From the NCBI GenBank assembly GCA_942493095.1, contig OW818675.1, positions 2,970,001 to 3,002,000 on the forward strand: 32,000 nt of DNA, written 5' to 3'. This document shows positions 1-8,875 of this stretch, piece by piece; the first letter of the stretch is position 1; each line of letters opens with the position of its first letter. The notes beneath the pieces were generated by a model. The model was not told the origin of the DNA. It did not search any database and worked only from the letters and a program-made list of their open reading frames with translations. This stretch comes from Candidatus Electronema halotolerans (GTDB lineage Bacteria > Desulfobacterota > Desulfobulbia > Desulfobulbales > Desulfobulbaceae). Both the position numbers and the translations under genes were made by a program.

Positions 1-485
1 CCCATATCAGCCCGCATGATCAGGGACTTGTCCTTATCGCCCTCTCTCAGGCTGACGACTGTTTTCTCGGCGATGAAAGGAGGCAGAACTGCTGCTGCGC
101 CGCCATCCAAGGTGAAGGTCATGGGCAGTTCTGCCGGATTGCTGACTGTGACTAACTCCATCAGCGGCGCAGCCTCTTTTTGCGCTGTCCGGTATTTTTT
201 CAGCTTGAAACTCTTCAGACCGCCGCCCTGCTCAAAAAAGACCGCCTTGTAGAGCGGTGTTTCCACGACAATGTCGCGGGCTTTAGGATCAACTGCCACG
301 ACCGGCGGAGCAGATTTGGCTGCGGCAGTCGGCGCAGGCTCAGACTGGACTGCCGGAGCGGCGGCCTGCTGGCTCTGCTGCTGTTCAGCAGGCGCAGGCG
401 GCTGGGGCGGCGTGAAAAAATACTGCCAGCCCAGCAGGATGAACATGGAAAGAATGATGGCCAATAAAGCCCGGTAGGTGTCCAT
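1..485 (-). CDS. yidC: membrane protein insertase YidC, N-terminal part (gene runs off the window start)
   Basis: The minus-strand frame is open from the ATG at 485-483 to the window edge. It is absent from the ORF track because there is no stop inside the window. My translation is MDTYRALLAIILSMFILLGWQYFFTPPQPPAPAEQQQSQQAAAPAVQSEPAPTAAAKSAPPVVAVDPKARDIVVETPLYKAVFFEQGGGLKSFKLKKY, a typical YidC N-terminal TM helix followed by the start of the periplasmic domain. It lies downstream of rpmH-rnpA-yidD, the conserved order. Confidence 0.8.
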   Translation of the reverse strand, partial: MDTYRALLAIILSMFILLGWQYFFTPPQPPAPAEQQQSQQAAAPAVQSEPAPTAAAKSAPPVVAVDPKARDIVVETPLYKAVFFEQGGGLKSFKLKKYRTAQKEAAPLMELVTVSNPAELPMTFTLDGGAAAVLPPFIAEKTVVSLREGDKDKSLIMRADM

Positions 486-501
486 TATGCAGGTTCTGTT
501 G

Positions 502-528
502 AAAAAAATGCCGGAATGGGAATCCGGC
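502..528 (-). terminator. hairpin plus T-run between yidD and yidC (possible attenuator or partial terminator)
   Basis: The minus strand reads GCCGGA-ttcccat-TCCGGC followed by A-TTTTTTT-C. That is a 6-bp GC-rich stem, a 7-nt loop and a 7-T run, located 16 nt upstream of the yidC ATG. Confidence 0.3.
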
Positions 529-535
529 AGCGGAA

Positions 536-769
536 CTATTCCACAGGATCATAGCCGCCAGCGGCAAAAGGATGGCAGCGCAGGATGCGCCGCACCGCCA
601 GCAGGCTGCCCCGCAGCGCGCCGTGGCGGACCACAGCCTGCGCCGCATACTCAGAACAGGTGGGGATGTAGCGGCAGCAGGGCGGAAACAGCGGGGAAAT
701 GCAGAGCTGATAGCCCCGCACCAGCAGCAGGCAGAAGGCCGCTGCCAGACTATGGCTGCGGCTGCGCAT
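536..769 (-). CDS. yidD: membrane protein insertion efficiency factor YidD
   Basis: 77-aa ORF carrying the YidD signature ...[29 protein letters not shown]...G..L...[14 protein letters not shown]. It overlaps the rnpA 3' end and precedes yidC. Confidence 0.9.
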   Translation of the reverse strand: MRSRSHSLAAAFCLLLVRGYQLCISPLFPPCCRYIPTCSEYAAQAVVRHGALRGSLLAVRRILRCHPFAAGGYDPVE

Positions 770-1115
770 GACTCTGCTCCGGCCTTCCGGTCAGCCGGGC
801 GACTGCGGCGCGGACAGCATCCATGCCTGTGAGGGAAAATTCAGGCCGCACCGCCACAACAATGTCGCTGGCCAGCGGAAATATCTGCCGGTGCAGGCGG
901 AAGGTTTCGCGGATGAGCCGTTTGATCCGATTGCGGCGCACCGCGCAGCCGGTTTTGCCCGGAACGCTGATGCCCAAACGGCTGTGCGGCAGCGCATTGG
1001 CAAGAAAAATCAACGCAAAACCGGAGCCGCGCAGCCGCCTGCCTTTTTGATAGACCAAGTTGTATTCTCTGGTCTTTCTGAGCAGACAGGATTTGGGCAG
1101 GGCGAACCGCTTCAT
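750..1115 (-). CDS. rnpA: ribonuclease P protein component
   Basis: 121-aa basic protein ([17 protein letters not shown]...[13 protein letters not shown]) with an ATG start, lying 5 nt downstream of rpmH as in the conserved rpmH-rnpA pair. Confidence 0.9.
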   Translation of the reverse strand: MKRFALPKSCLLRKTREYNLVYQKGRRLRGSGFALIFLANALPHSRLGISVPGKTGCAVRRNRIKRLIRETFRLHRQIFPLASDIVVAVRPEFSLTGMDAVRAAVARLTGRPEQSHAQPQP

Positions 1116-1120
1116 GCGGT

Positions 1121-1258
1121 TCAGGCGGAGAGCCGCTTCCGTCCTTTGGCCCGCCGCCGCCGGATGATTGCCTGACCGGAGCGGGTTTTCATGCGGGCGC
1201 GGAAACCGTGGGTGCGGGCGCGTTTGATATTGCTGGGCTGAAAGGTTCTTTTGCTCAT
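1121..1258 (-). CDS. rpmH: 50S ribosomal protein L34
   Basis: Not in the ORF track (under 60 aa). My translation from ATG 1258 is [45 protein letters not shown] followed by TGA at 1123-1121 (45 aa). This is the near-invariant L34 sequence. Confidence 0.92.
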   Translation of the reverse strand: MSKRTFQPSNIKRARTHGFRARMKTRSGQAIIRRRRAKGRKRLSA

Positions 1259-1532
1259 GATGATTTCTGATGGGTCTGATTGATTGGATATCCAGCCTCT
1301 GTCCTCAGTGGAACTCCAGCTGGGCGGGCAATAGGTTCATGGACAGCAGAGGCTGCGGCATGTTGAAATGCGGGCAGACTGAGGCCGGTGCATTGATGTG
1401 AAGGGACATATTGTACTCAGCCGCCTTGCTGCTGTCAAATTATATTTTCCCTGTATTTCTTGCAGACTCCTGACCTTGCTGTCTCGTCAAGCGCAGGTCC
1501 GGCCCGCCTTCCTTGCTGCCGGACGCATGAAG

Positions 1533-2834
1533 TTATATGGAAAAATACGGGATGCCGTTCAGGCTTGAGGCTGTCTTCTGATTGATGCGCTGGATGCGCT
1601 GGGCCAGCAGTCTTGTCAAAAATAAAACATAATGCGGCTTTTCTTTGATCACCTGCACGAATTCTCGTTTTGAAACCTCTATCAGTCGGCCTTCTGTCTG
1701 CGCCCGCACGGTCGCGCTGCGATGATTGTTGAGCAGGAAGGACATCTCTCCCATGAACATGTCGTCAGAGTTGAGGCATGAGACAACTTTGCCATCCACA
1801 ACAACATCATATCGACCGCTGACGATGTAATAGAGATAACTGCTTGGCTCACCCTGATGAAATATAATTTCTCCCTCGCTGATCTTTCTTGCCTCAATAT
1901 TGACAAACAGGCTTGGGATCAGGCTGGATTCATCCTGATTGCAAACAAATTCAAAGGTGACAGAATTTCCTTTGTCATTATAGGATAAATTGCTGGTCAG
2001 GCTTCTGGTGATGATGATGCCGCGTCCGTTAGGCAGCTCAAGCGAGACATCAGTGAAGGAACGCCAGTCAAAACCTTGTCCTTCATCAGTAACATGAAAA
2101 TGAGCTATGAACGCATTGATGCTGTACTCGAACAAGACCCGCCTTTTTTTCACTTCCGGGTCAAGAACCCGCTCCTGAATCAGCTCATCAATCATTTTTC
2201 CATGCTGCAGGCATTGCGTTTTCTCCTCGAAACTGATATTGCAGTTTCCATGTTCAACGGCGTTGAGCAGCATTTCCGTCAGAGCGATCTGCAAATCCAT
2301 TTTCTTGGCTTTATCGATCCGCTTCGCATTAAAAAGGAAATTGCAGACAAGATTGGTGTAGCACTGCACTTCGAGCAGATCGTTTTTCAGCCGGAATGAG
2401 CCGGAGATATACTCCATAATATCCATGCTCAGACCGCGCTGAAAAAGAATGCGGCGGTTGTTGCGGATGATCGACATGATGGTCGAAAGAGACCGCTTGA
2501 TCTGCTTTCTGTCAACAATGACGATGATGTTGACCCCTTCGCCTTGAATTTTCTCAATGCGTTTCGCATCAGCGGCAGTTTCGCAAATTGCAATGATGCC
2601 GCTGTTGAGCAGCCAAGGGTCTTCCATCACCGCTTCCAGCAGGACAAAACTGTCAATGCCATCATCAGAGAAATTGACAAAGAGCAGCTCAGGAAGCTCA
2701 AAGTACATGTAGTACGCAGCTTCATAAGGATTGTCGATGCAGAAAACCTTGTCGCCGCAATCTTGCGCGCCAATATGCTTTGCCAGCAAATCGAACAGTC
2801 CTTCATCTGTTGTGACAACGCAATAATCAGCCAT
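1533..2834 (-). CDS. multidomain signalling protein: REC-like N-terminus, RsbW/SpoIIAB-type HATPase (serine kinase/anti-sigma-like) domain, C-terminal cyclic-nucleotide-binding domain
   Basis: N-box-like LTEMLLNAVEHGN, G1-like FHVTDEGQGFD and G2-like NGRGIIITRSL are present. The C-terminal cNMP-binding fold reads IIFHQGEPSSYLYYIVSGRYDVVVDGKVV...FMGEMSFLLNNHRSATVRA. The track ORF starts at a TTG (2852). The ATG at 2834 is preceded by AAGGAGGAG at good spacing, so MADYCVV is the likely start. The gene is markedly A+T-rich: the 60-nt line starting at 2281 has 24 G+C, against 45 in the folA line starting at 3121. Confidence 0.75.
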   Translation of the reverse strand: MADYCVVTTDEGLFDLLAKHIGAQDCGDKVFCIDNPYEAAYYMYFELPELLFVNFSDDGIDSFVLLEAVMEDPWLLNSGIIAICETAADAKRIEKIQGEGVNIIVIVDRKQIKRSLSTIMSIIRNNRRILFQRGLSMDIMEYISGSFRLKNDLLEVQCYTNLVCNFLFNAKRIDKAKKMDLQIALTEMLLNAVEHGNCNISFEEKTQCLQHGKMIDELIQERVLDPEVKKRRVLFEYSINAFIAHFHVTDEGQGFDWRSFTDVSLELPNGRGIIITRSLTSNLSYNDKGNSVTFEFVCNQDESSLIPSLFVNIEARKISEGEIIFHQGEPSSYLYYIVSGRYDVVVDGKVVSCLNSDDMFMGEMSFLLNNHRSATVRAQTEGRLIEVSKREFVQVIKEKPHYVLFLTRLLAQRIQRINQKTASSLNGIPYFSI

Positions 2835-2903
2835 AGTCTCCTCCTTTTGCAAGACTGAAATATTGATTTTTAAGCTGTGGCGGCAGCATGACGCGCTTGA
2901 AAT

Positions 2904-3401
2904 TCACGCTGGCTGACTTTGCCACTGCCAAGTCTCAATCGTGTATGGCACTGGCCCGGCAACTGCCTCGGTCTTGGTGAGCTGAAAGGGGGGAGAAGCA
3001 AAAGCGGGGAAGAACACGTCGCCTGGAAATTCCTGCTCAAGCCGGGACAGCAGCAGCGTGTCCGCCTGCGGCAGGGCCAGACGGAATATCTGCTCGCCGC
3101 CAATGATGAAGAGCTTGGCCGCCTGCCTGCGCCGGGCCGCAGCAATGCCGTCAGCCAGCGACAGAGCGACCTCGCCGCCTTGGGCCGTGAAACCGTTGTT
3201 GCGCGTCACCACAATGCTGTGCCGTCCAGGCAGGGCGCGGCCTATCGAATCCCACGTCTTCCGGCCCATGAGCAGACAGTGGCCCCAAGTAGTCTCCTTG
3301 AAGCGGGCCTGCTCGCCCGGTACCTGCCACGGAATGGTGTTGGTGCTCCTGCTGCCAATGACTCTGTTGGCAGCCACAGCGGCAATCAGAATCAGCTCCA
3401 T
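2904..3401 (-). CDS. folA: dihydrofolate reductase
   Basis: 165-aa protein with the DHFR N-terminus MELILIAAVAANRVIGSRSTNTIPWQVPGEQARFKETTWGHCLLMGRKTWDSIGRALPGRHSIVVTR and a later LFIIGGEQIF. It starts 3 nt after the recA stop. Confidence 0.9.
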   Translation of the reverse strand: MELILIAAVAANRVIGSRSTNTIPWQVPGEQARFKETTWGHCLLMGRKTWDSIGRALPGRHSIVVTRNNGFTAQGGEVALSLADGIAAARRRQAAKLFIIGGEQIFRLALPQADTLLLSRLEQEFPGDVFFPAFASPPFQLTKTEAVAGPVPYTIETWQWQSQPA

Positions 3402-3404
3402 GCC

Positions 3405-5528
3405 CTATTCATCGTAGAGGCTGTCTCCGGCCCCGTCCTCCGGTAGGATTTCATCCGCATAGACCTCTGAAGCAGCCGAACCAACAGCCGGAATGCACTG
3501 CTGGCGCACCTTTTGATCAATTTCCAGCAGCATTTCAGGATGCTCCTTCAGGAACGTCTTTGAGTTCTCCCGGCCTTGACCGATGCGCTCGTCATTATAG
3601 GAATACCAAGCCCCACTCTTGTCAACGATCTTCCGATCCACTGCCAAATCAAGGAGATCTCCTGTCCGGGAAATGCCCTCGCCGTAGATGATGTCAAATT
3701 CGGATTCCTTGAAAGGCGGCGCAACCTTATTTTTGACCACCTTGACTCTGGTGCGGTTGCCGATCATCTCCTGCCCGTCCTTGATCTGGCCAATGCGGCG
3801 GATGTCAAGGCGCACCGAGCTGTAGAATTTGAGGGCATTGCCGCCAGTGGTGGTTTCTGGAGAGTTATGCACCACCACGCCGTCAACAAGATAGCAATGA
3901 TTGCCTTCCACTTCCAAGTCGAACCGGTTCATGTCTCTGGTTTCAGGTTTTTCATGGATATCGAGAATAGGCATAGGAACAGCTTTCAAGACACGCTGGG
4001 CAGTGCACTCGAACGGGACAAATTGCCCGCGTAACTTAGGCAATAGTTTGTATTCCATTGACGGATGCACGTAGGGAGCAATCATTGCATGAAATTTCGG
4101 CGTTTCCTGAACACCGAAATTGATCAAACCACGCGCCGTGAGCGTGGCCATGATTCCGCGCTGATGAAACCAGCGCACCAAAGCCTGCTGCTTCTCCAGC
4201 GAAAATCCCGCACAGCAAATTGAGCAGCGATTCTCCCGTTCACTGTCAAAAGTGCCATCATCCATATACCAAATGGCAACTGCAAGCGGAGTGAGATGAT
4301 CAATCAATGCCTGTGAGGGATTCTTACCAGTTTCGGCATAATTTTCTTGGCTCAGTTTGGTCAGTTCATACATTGGGATGGTATCAAAACTGTGACCGCC
4401 TCTCATATTTGTTGTCTCCGAGCCGATCAACCCCTCAAAAAGCGATTGTTTCCAAAGACAGTAAGCATCTTGAGCCTGACCATGTCCAATGCGAAGCGCA
4501 GTGTTGTAATCACTTACCTGTCGCAAACTACCATCTCCAAGAATAGAGCCAAACACGACTTCTTCCTGAACTGGCGAAAGATAGTGTTCAACCATTGTCA
4601 TCAAGCGATCACCAACCTTCAGTTCTCCTGCTGATTTGTATCCGTATTCGGAAAGCAGCAGATGATTAGTTGTGCAACCAAAGGTATGATGTCCATTGCC
4701 GCTGTTAGCATCCACTGTGAATTGGAGAAACAGCTCGGCGGGGCCGTTATTGAACCAGTTGACAATGCGGCGCGGCTCAAAGGCACCCGTTGTCACATCA
4801 TAGGATATGACTTCAAGAGGCATCTTCTGGTTGACAATTTTGCCTATTTTTTCTGTTGTGCCGTCAGCAAGCACCACCCGTGCGTTATAATGAAAGCATC
4901 CGAACATCACCCCGATTTTCATCCTGATCTGATTGATGAAAATCAACACCGTATTGGTTTTCTGAATCACGCTGGTGAACTTGCGCATGGCTTGAGACAT
5001 CAGCCGGGCTTGGAGGCCAACATGCATATCGCCGACATTGCCGTCAATCTCCGCTTTTGGCACTAAAGCTGCCACCGAGTCAATGACAATCACATCCAGC
5101 CCGCCGCTGCGCATGAGAATTTCGCAGATTTCCAGAGCCTGCTCGCCGAAATCCGGCTGTGAGACCAGCAGGTTGTCAACATCCACGCCCAATTTTTCCG
5201 CATAGGTGGTGTCAAGGGCATGTTCCGCGTCGATGAAGGCCGCATTGCCGCCTGCCCGCTGGGCCTCGGCAATGACGTGCAGGGCCAGCGTGGTCTTGCC
5301 GCTTGATTCCGGGCCGTAGATTTCCGTCACCCGCCCGCGAGGCAGGCCGCCCACGCCCAAGGCAAGGTCAATGCCCAAGGTGCCGGTGGAGATGACCGGA
5401 ATGTTGAGCCGCTCATGCTCGCCAAGGCGCATGATTGAGCCTTTGCCGAACTGCCGATGAATCTGGCTGATCGCGCTGTCAACGCTTTTCTGTCGTCCTT
5501 CCGCCTGTTTATCCTGGGTTGCTGCCAT
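3405..5528 (-). CDS. recA: recombinase RecA precursor interrupted by an in-frame intein
   Basis: The N-extein carries the RecA motifs [13 protein letters not shown] (Walker A), [12 protein letters not shown] and [14 protein letters not shown]. The C-extein is [23 protein letters not shown]...[24 protein letters not shown]. 345 unrelated residues lie between them. The track ORF starts at 5552, but AGGAGA precedes the ATG at 5528 (MAATQDKQ...), so 5528 is preferred. The spliced product would be about 362 aa. Confidence 0.9.
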   Translation of the reverse strand: MAATQDKQAEGRQKSVDSAISQIHRQFGKGSIMRLGEHERLNIPVISTGTLGIDLALGVGGLPRGRVTEIYGPESSGKTTLALHVIAEAQRAGGNAAFIDAEHALDTTYAEKLGVDVDNLLVSQPDFGEQALEICEILMRSGGLDVIVIDSVAALVPKAEIDGNVGDMHVGLQARLMSQAMRKFTSVIQKTNTVLIFINQIRMKIGVMFGCFHYNARVVLADGTTEKIGKIVNQKMPLEVISYDVTTGAFEPRRIVNWFNNGPAELFLQFTVDANSGNGHHTFGCTTNHLLLSEYGYKSAGELKVGDRLMTMVEHYLSPVQEEVVFGSILGDGSLRQVSDYNTALRIGHGQAQDAYCLWKQSLFEGLIGSETTNMRGGHSFDTIPMYELTKLSQENYAETGKNPSQALIDHLTPLAVAIWYMDDGTFDSERENRCSICCAGFSLEKQQALVRWFHQRGIMATLTARGLINFGVQETPKFHAMIAPYVHPSMEYKLLPKLRGQFVPFECTAQRVLKAVPMPILDIHEKPETRDMNRFDLEVEGNHCYLVDGVVVHNSPETTTGGNALKFYSSVRLDIRRIGQIKDGQEMIGNRTRVKVVKNKVAPPFKESEFDIIYGEGISRTGDLLDLAVDRKIVDKSGAWYSYNDERIGQGRENSKTFLKEHPEMLLEIDQKVRQQCIPAVGSAASEVYADEILPEDGAGDSLYDE
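3864..4898 (-). mobile_element. RecA intein (345 aa) with LAGLIDADG homing-endonuclease domain
   Basis: - Starts with Cys (TGC at 4898-4896; [13 protein letters not shown], block A).
- Has a TxxH block B (CTTNHLLL).
- Has two LAGLIDADG-type motifs ([11 protein letters not shown] and [11 protein letters not shown]).
- Ends ...[20 protein letters not shown] (His-Asn; AAC at 3866-3864), followed by Ser+1 (TCT at 3863-3861).
- The sequence is A+T-rich relative to the exteins: the line at 4321 has 24/60 G+C, the extein line at 5281 has 40/60. Confidence 0.85.
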
Positions 5529-5999
5529 TGTCATTCTCCTGTCATGGGTCAAAGCGGCAGCATTCTGCTGCCAGAGCAGATTGTATCAAAGCAACGGGAC
5601 TTGCGGCAAGATAATTTGCCGTGCTTCACCGCAGGCAACGGCATCCTATCGTTGCAGCAGCAAAGCATCTTATCTGAATTGTGGAAAAAATCTGAACGCA
5701 GATGGGAAATTCTTTTATGAGGGCGGCGGCCTGTTCATTGGCGCAGTCGCCTCTTCCGGCAAGGCAGGTCCGCCCAAGGCGATGCCTTGGGCTGATCTAT
5801 CGCAACCTTTTGGATTGGTGAAAAAAAATCTGAAGGAGTTCCGGTGCAAGTGAGCACGGAGCAGCACTCCCTCCAAACTTCGGCCAGCTCCCTGCTCTTC
5901 CCCATCATCCCCATCATCCCCATCATCCACATAGCCTTCCCCGCCGGGCGCACTTACAACTTGAATCCACACTCTTGGCAAGGAACTCTGGCTGCGCTG

Positions 6000-6908
6000 T
6001 CAAGCGGCTTCGCCGCGCTCCTCTTCCCGCAGGGTCTGGAAGGAATGAGGGTGCGTGAGGTTGAAGCTCTCTGTGCGCTGCAAATAGCCGGGATCAAATC
6101 CTTCCTTGCGGATGCGCTGAATCAGGCCGCCAAAGTCGGCAGCAGTCTTGACAAGGGTTGACTGCGCTGTCTTGGGCAGGGCATGATCCGAGACAATGCG
6201 TGAGCCGTGCTCTACTTCCTGCCCTTCGTCGTGCCTGTCAGTGTAATGCTGGGAAAGCACGACAATCCGGGTGCCAAGGAAGACCGCCTCCTCCAAGTCA
6301 TGAGTGACAAAGAAAATGGTCATGCCGAATTCCTCCCACAGCTCCAGCAGGAAGACCTGCATGTTCTCCCGTGAGCCAGGGTCGAGCGCGCCGAACGGCT
6401 CGTCCATGAGCAGGATTTTCGGCCTCATGATCAGCGACTGAGCAATGGCCACCCGCTGCCGCATCCCGCCGGACAGCTTGTGCGGATGCTTGCGCCAGTG
6501 CTCCTTCAAGCCGATTCGGGCCAAATAGCGCATGGCCTCGTCTTGAAATTCCTTCCTGCGCCGCCGCCATTCAAAAAAGCCGCAGGACAGGCGCGGGCCG
6601 ACCAGCACGTTGTCAAGCACGTTCAGGTGCGGAAACAGGGAATACTTCTGATAGACTATGCCCCGGCTGCGGTCAGCAAAGCCGCAGGGCTGGCCGTCAA
6701 TCAGCAGGGTGCCGGAGGTGGGCATCTCCTGTCCCAGCACGAGGCGGAGCAGGGTGGTCTTGCCGCAGCCGGACGGCCCGACCACGGTGACAATCTCGCC
6801 TTCAGCCACAGCCAGATCAATGTTGTCCAGCACCACCTTGCGGCCATAGCTCTTGCACACGTTCTGCAAAAACAGGCAGCTTGCACTGCGCAGTTCGTCC
6901 GGGTTCAT
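6000..6908 (-). CDS. ABC transporter ATP-binding protein (NitT/TauT nitrate/sulfonate/bicarbonate-type)
   Basis: Walker A GPSGCGKTTLLRL, Q-loop YQKYSLFPH, ABC signature LSGGMRQRVAIAQSL, Walker B ILLMDEPFGALD and H-loop FFVTHD are all present. The ATG overlaps the DoxX stop. Confidence 0.9.
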   Translation of the reverse strand: MNPDELRSASCLFLQNVCKSYGRKVVLDNIDLAVAEGEIVTVVGPSGCGKTTLLRLVLGQEMPTSGTLLIDGQPCGFADRSRGIVYQKYSLFPHLNVLDNVLVGPRLSCGFFEWRRRRKEFQDEAMRYLARIGLKEHWRKHPHKLSGGMRQRVAIAQSLIMRPKILLMDEPFGALDPGSRENMQVFLLELWEEFGMTIFFVTHDLEEAVFLGTRIVVLSQHYTDRHDEGQEVEHGSRIVSDHALPKTAQSTLVKTAADFGGLIQRIRKEGFDPGYLQRTESFNLTHPHSFQTLREEERGEAA

Positions 6909-7330
6909 AACTCTTTTTCAGCATGTTCAGCATCAAGGCTCAATGCGCCGGGGCCGTTGGCGATGATCATCAGCAGACCGCCAATAATTGACAGGTTCTT
7001 CATAAATGATTTCAGATGTTCCTGCATCTGCGCAGGCTCAGTGAAGGTCCAGAAATGATGAAAGTAATAGGTGCCTGAGATGGTGAAGATCAGGAGCAGC
7101 ACCGCCCCTGTCTTAGCTCTGAAACCGGCCATCAGCGACAGGCTGCCTGCGAGCAGGAACACGATTGCCCCGGCCAGCATGAACTTGGGAAACGGCACGC
7201 CTTCCTGCGCCATCTGTTCCGCCACATGCTGGAACTCTGGAATCTTGTTGCACAGCGCGGTCTGAAGAAAGACTGAGGCAAGCAGCATCCTGCCGATCAG
7301 GTTGATGATCCCTTGCATGGTCTGTCTCAT
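6905..7330 (-). CDS. DoxX-family small integral membrane protein
   Basis: 141 aa with about four hydrophobic helices. The N-terminus LIGRMLLASVFLQTALCNKI... and FMLAGAIVFLLAGSLSLMAGFRAKTGAVLLLIF are typical of DoxX. AGGAG lies 9 nt upstream of ATG 7330. The gene is embedded between the ABC permease and ATPase genes. Confidence 0.65.
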   Translation of the reverse strand: MRQTMQGIINLIGRMLLASVFLQTALCNKIPEFQHVAEQMAQEGVPFPKFMLAGAIVFLLAGSLSLMAGFRAKTGAVLLLIFTISGTYYFHHFWTFTEPAQMQEHLKSFMKNLSIIGGLLMIIANGPGALSLDAEHAEKEL

Positions 7331-7336
7331 GTCTGT

Positions 7337-8170
7337 TCACTCCTGCGATTCCAAATACCACGCATAGCGCATCCTGAGCAGGAGACGCAGGAAAAAGTCA
7401 ACTGTCGCGCCGATCACGACAATCCAGAGGACGTAGGGAATGATGATATCCATAGCCAAGTAGCGGCGGACTAAGAAGATGCGGTAGCCAAGGCCTCTGG
7501 TGGCGGCAATCGCTTCCGCCGCAATAAGAAAAAGCCAAGCAGGCCCCATGCTGATCCGCACGGTCTGAATCAGGCGGGGCAGGATTTGCGGCAGGATGAT
7601 GCGGAAGGCAAGGCTGAACTGCGAGATGCCCAAGGTGCAGGCTTTGATGATCTGCTGGCGGGGAATCTTTTTCACGGCCAAATGGATGTCGCGGGTGATG
7701 AGGGGAAAGGTGCCGATGAAAATCAGCATCACCTTGGCCAGCTCATCCACGCCAAAAACAATGAAAAGAACTGGCAGAATGGCCAGCGGCGGGATGATCG
7801 AGACAAAGGTAAGAAAGGGAAAAAAGAGCTGCTCCATGCCGACAAAAAGGCCGAGGAAAAGACCGCAGAACAGGCCGCAGAAGGCTGATGCGCCCAAGCC
7901 GATGCCGATGCGCCGCAGGCTTGCGCCCGTATCTGTCCAGAGCTGATACTCGCCAGTGCGCTTGTTCTCCTCAAAGGCGGCCCGCTGCATGGCCGCAATC
8001 ATTTTGGAGGCGGGCGGCAGGAGCTTGTCTGAGGGATTTTCCCGATGGCGCAGGGTTGAAGCGGTGCCATAGACGATGATCAGGAGGAGAAAGGGGATCA
8101 GGGGCAGCAGCCAGCGCAGCCACGCAGGCGGCGAGGCATGAATGCCAAGGAATTTGGGTGGAGAAGACAT
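7337..8170 (-). CDS. ABC transporter permease (NitT/TauT family, BPD_transp_1-type)
   Basis: 277-aa polytopic membrane protein with an EAA-like loop (ACTLGISQFSLAFRIILPQILPRL). It lies directly upstream of the DoxX and ABC ATPase genes. Confidence 0.85.
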   Translation of the reverse strand: MSSPPKFLGIHASPPAWLRWLLPLIPFLLLIIVYGTASTLRHRENPSDKLLPPASKMIAAMQRAAFEENKRTGEYQLWTDTGASLRRIGIGLGASAFCGLFCGLFLGLFVGMEQLFFPFLTFVSIIPPLAILPVLFIVFGVDELAKVMLIFIGTFPLITRDIHLAVKKIPRQQIIKACTLGISQFSLAFRIILPQILPRLIQTVRISMGPAWLFLIAAEAIAATRGLGYRIFLVRRYLAMDIIIPYVLWIVVIGATVDFFLRLLLRMRYAWYLESQE

Positions 8171-8182
8171 GGCAGGGTTGGT

Positions 8183-8875
8183 TTAAAGCTGTTTGTGATC
8201 GAGCTGTTCGAGCCGCGACAGCCATTCAGCAAAATGAGGGCACTTCTCGCGAATTGCATTCAAGCCGATCAATTCAGCCACCTGCGGCCCTATGACAGAC
8301 TTTGCATATTTGTAATCAGGAAGCTGGGCGATGATGCGTTTGCTGGGAGCTGTTGCCAGGCCGTCATCAATCAGTTCCGGTGAGGCAAAGTCATCCGCAA
8401 TGGCTTGAAGTGCGGCAATTGCCTTTGCATCCTGCGGATAGAAAAGGGCAAATTGTGCAGGTTCAGCAAACAGACACGCCTCATACTCATGCAACTGGAC
8501 ATAAGGGACAAAGCGCGAATCGCCAATGTCATCGGCAAAAGCCTGCTCAAGCAGCGCAACACGTTCCACTGGTGAATTGCGCAGTCGTTCCGCCTCGTTC
8601 CAGCCGGGAAAATCATCAGGAAGGGCATAGAGGTCAATCATGGTGGTGAAAAACACATCATCAGCCTTTTCCTGAGCTGCAAAGCGCAGGATGTCAGCCT
8701 TGACCGGCGCGTACTTGAGTACGCCGCCCCGATGCACTTTGCCCCTTTTTCTTGCATGAGCGATGAGAATCGGCCCCTGCATGAACACTCCGAAAGCAGC
8801 AAGATACGGTTTGAGCACTGTGTCGGCAAAGGTCTGCTCTGTCTGCCCTTCGGCGAAAAGATACAGCCGGGCCAT
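8183..8875 (-). CDS. DUF4276-like protein (predicted TOPRIM-like nuclease partner of the upstream ATPase)
   Basis: 230 aa. The N-terminal strand-Glu motif is MARLYLFAEGQTEQTFADTVLKPYL, followed by an acidic segment FFTTMIDLYALPDDF. This matches my recollection of DUF4276-family proteins, which in annotated genomes sit next to AAA/ABC ATPases. Its start codon shares one nucleotide with the ATPase stop (TGATG at 8877-8873). Confidence 0.65.
   Translation of the reverse strand: MARLYLFAEGQTEQTFADTVLKPYLAAFGVFMQGPILIAHARKRGKVHRGGVLKYAPVKADILRFAAQEKADDVFFTTMIDLYALPDDFPGWNEAERLRNSPVERVALLEQAFADDIGDSRFVPYVQLHEYEACLFAEPAQFALFYPQDAKAIAALQAIADDFASPELIDDGLATAPSKRIIAQLPDYKYAKSVIGPQVAELIGLNAIREKCPHFAEWLSRLEQLDHKQL

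Noticed and set aside
1259-1532. Expectation of dnaA/oriC features next to rpmH (DnaA boxes TTATCCACA, AT-rich unwinding element).
   Set aside because: No DnaA-box matches were seen in the spacer, and dnaA is not adjacent. The neighbour is the cNMP-binding signalling gene. There is no basis to call an origin here.
5553-5720. Search for a LexA/SOS operator upstream of recA, including the hairpin GGCAGCattctGCTGCC at 5556-5572 and a GTTCAG-containing segment near 5690.
   Set aside because: Nothing matches the LexA box variants I know (CTGT-N8-ACAG, GGTT-N10-ACC-type, CTRHAMRYBYGTTCAGS). The hairpin alone is not evidence of regulation.
5900-5926. Perfect 9-nt tandem repeat (CCCCATCAT) x3 in the 450-nt spacer between the ABC ATPase gene and recA.
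   Set aside because: It has only three units, no spacers and no flanking repeats, so it is not a CRISPR array. The ORFs that cover it (for example DDGDDGDDGEE on the minus strand) have no start or RBS support. It is probably a simple microsatellite, noted only as a possible slippage site.
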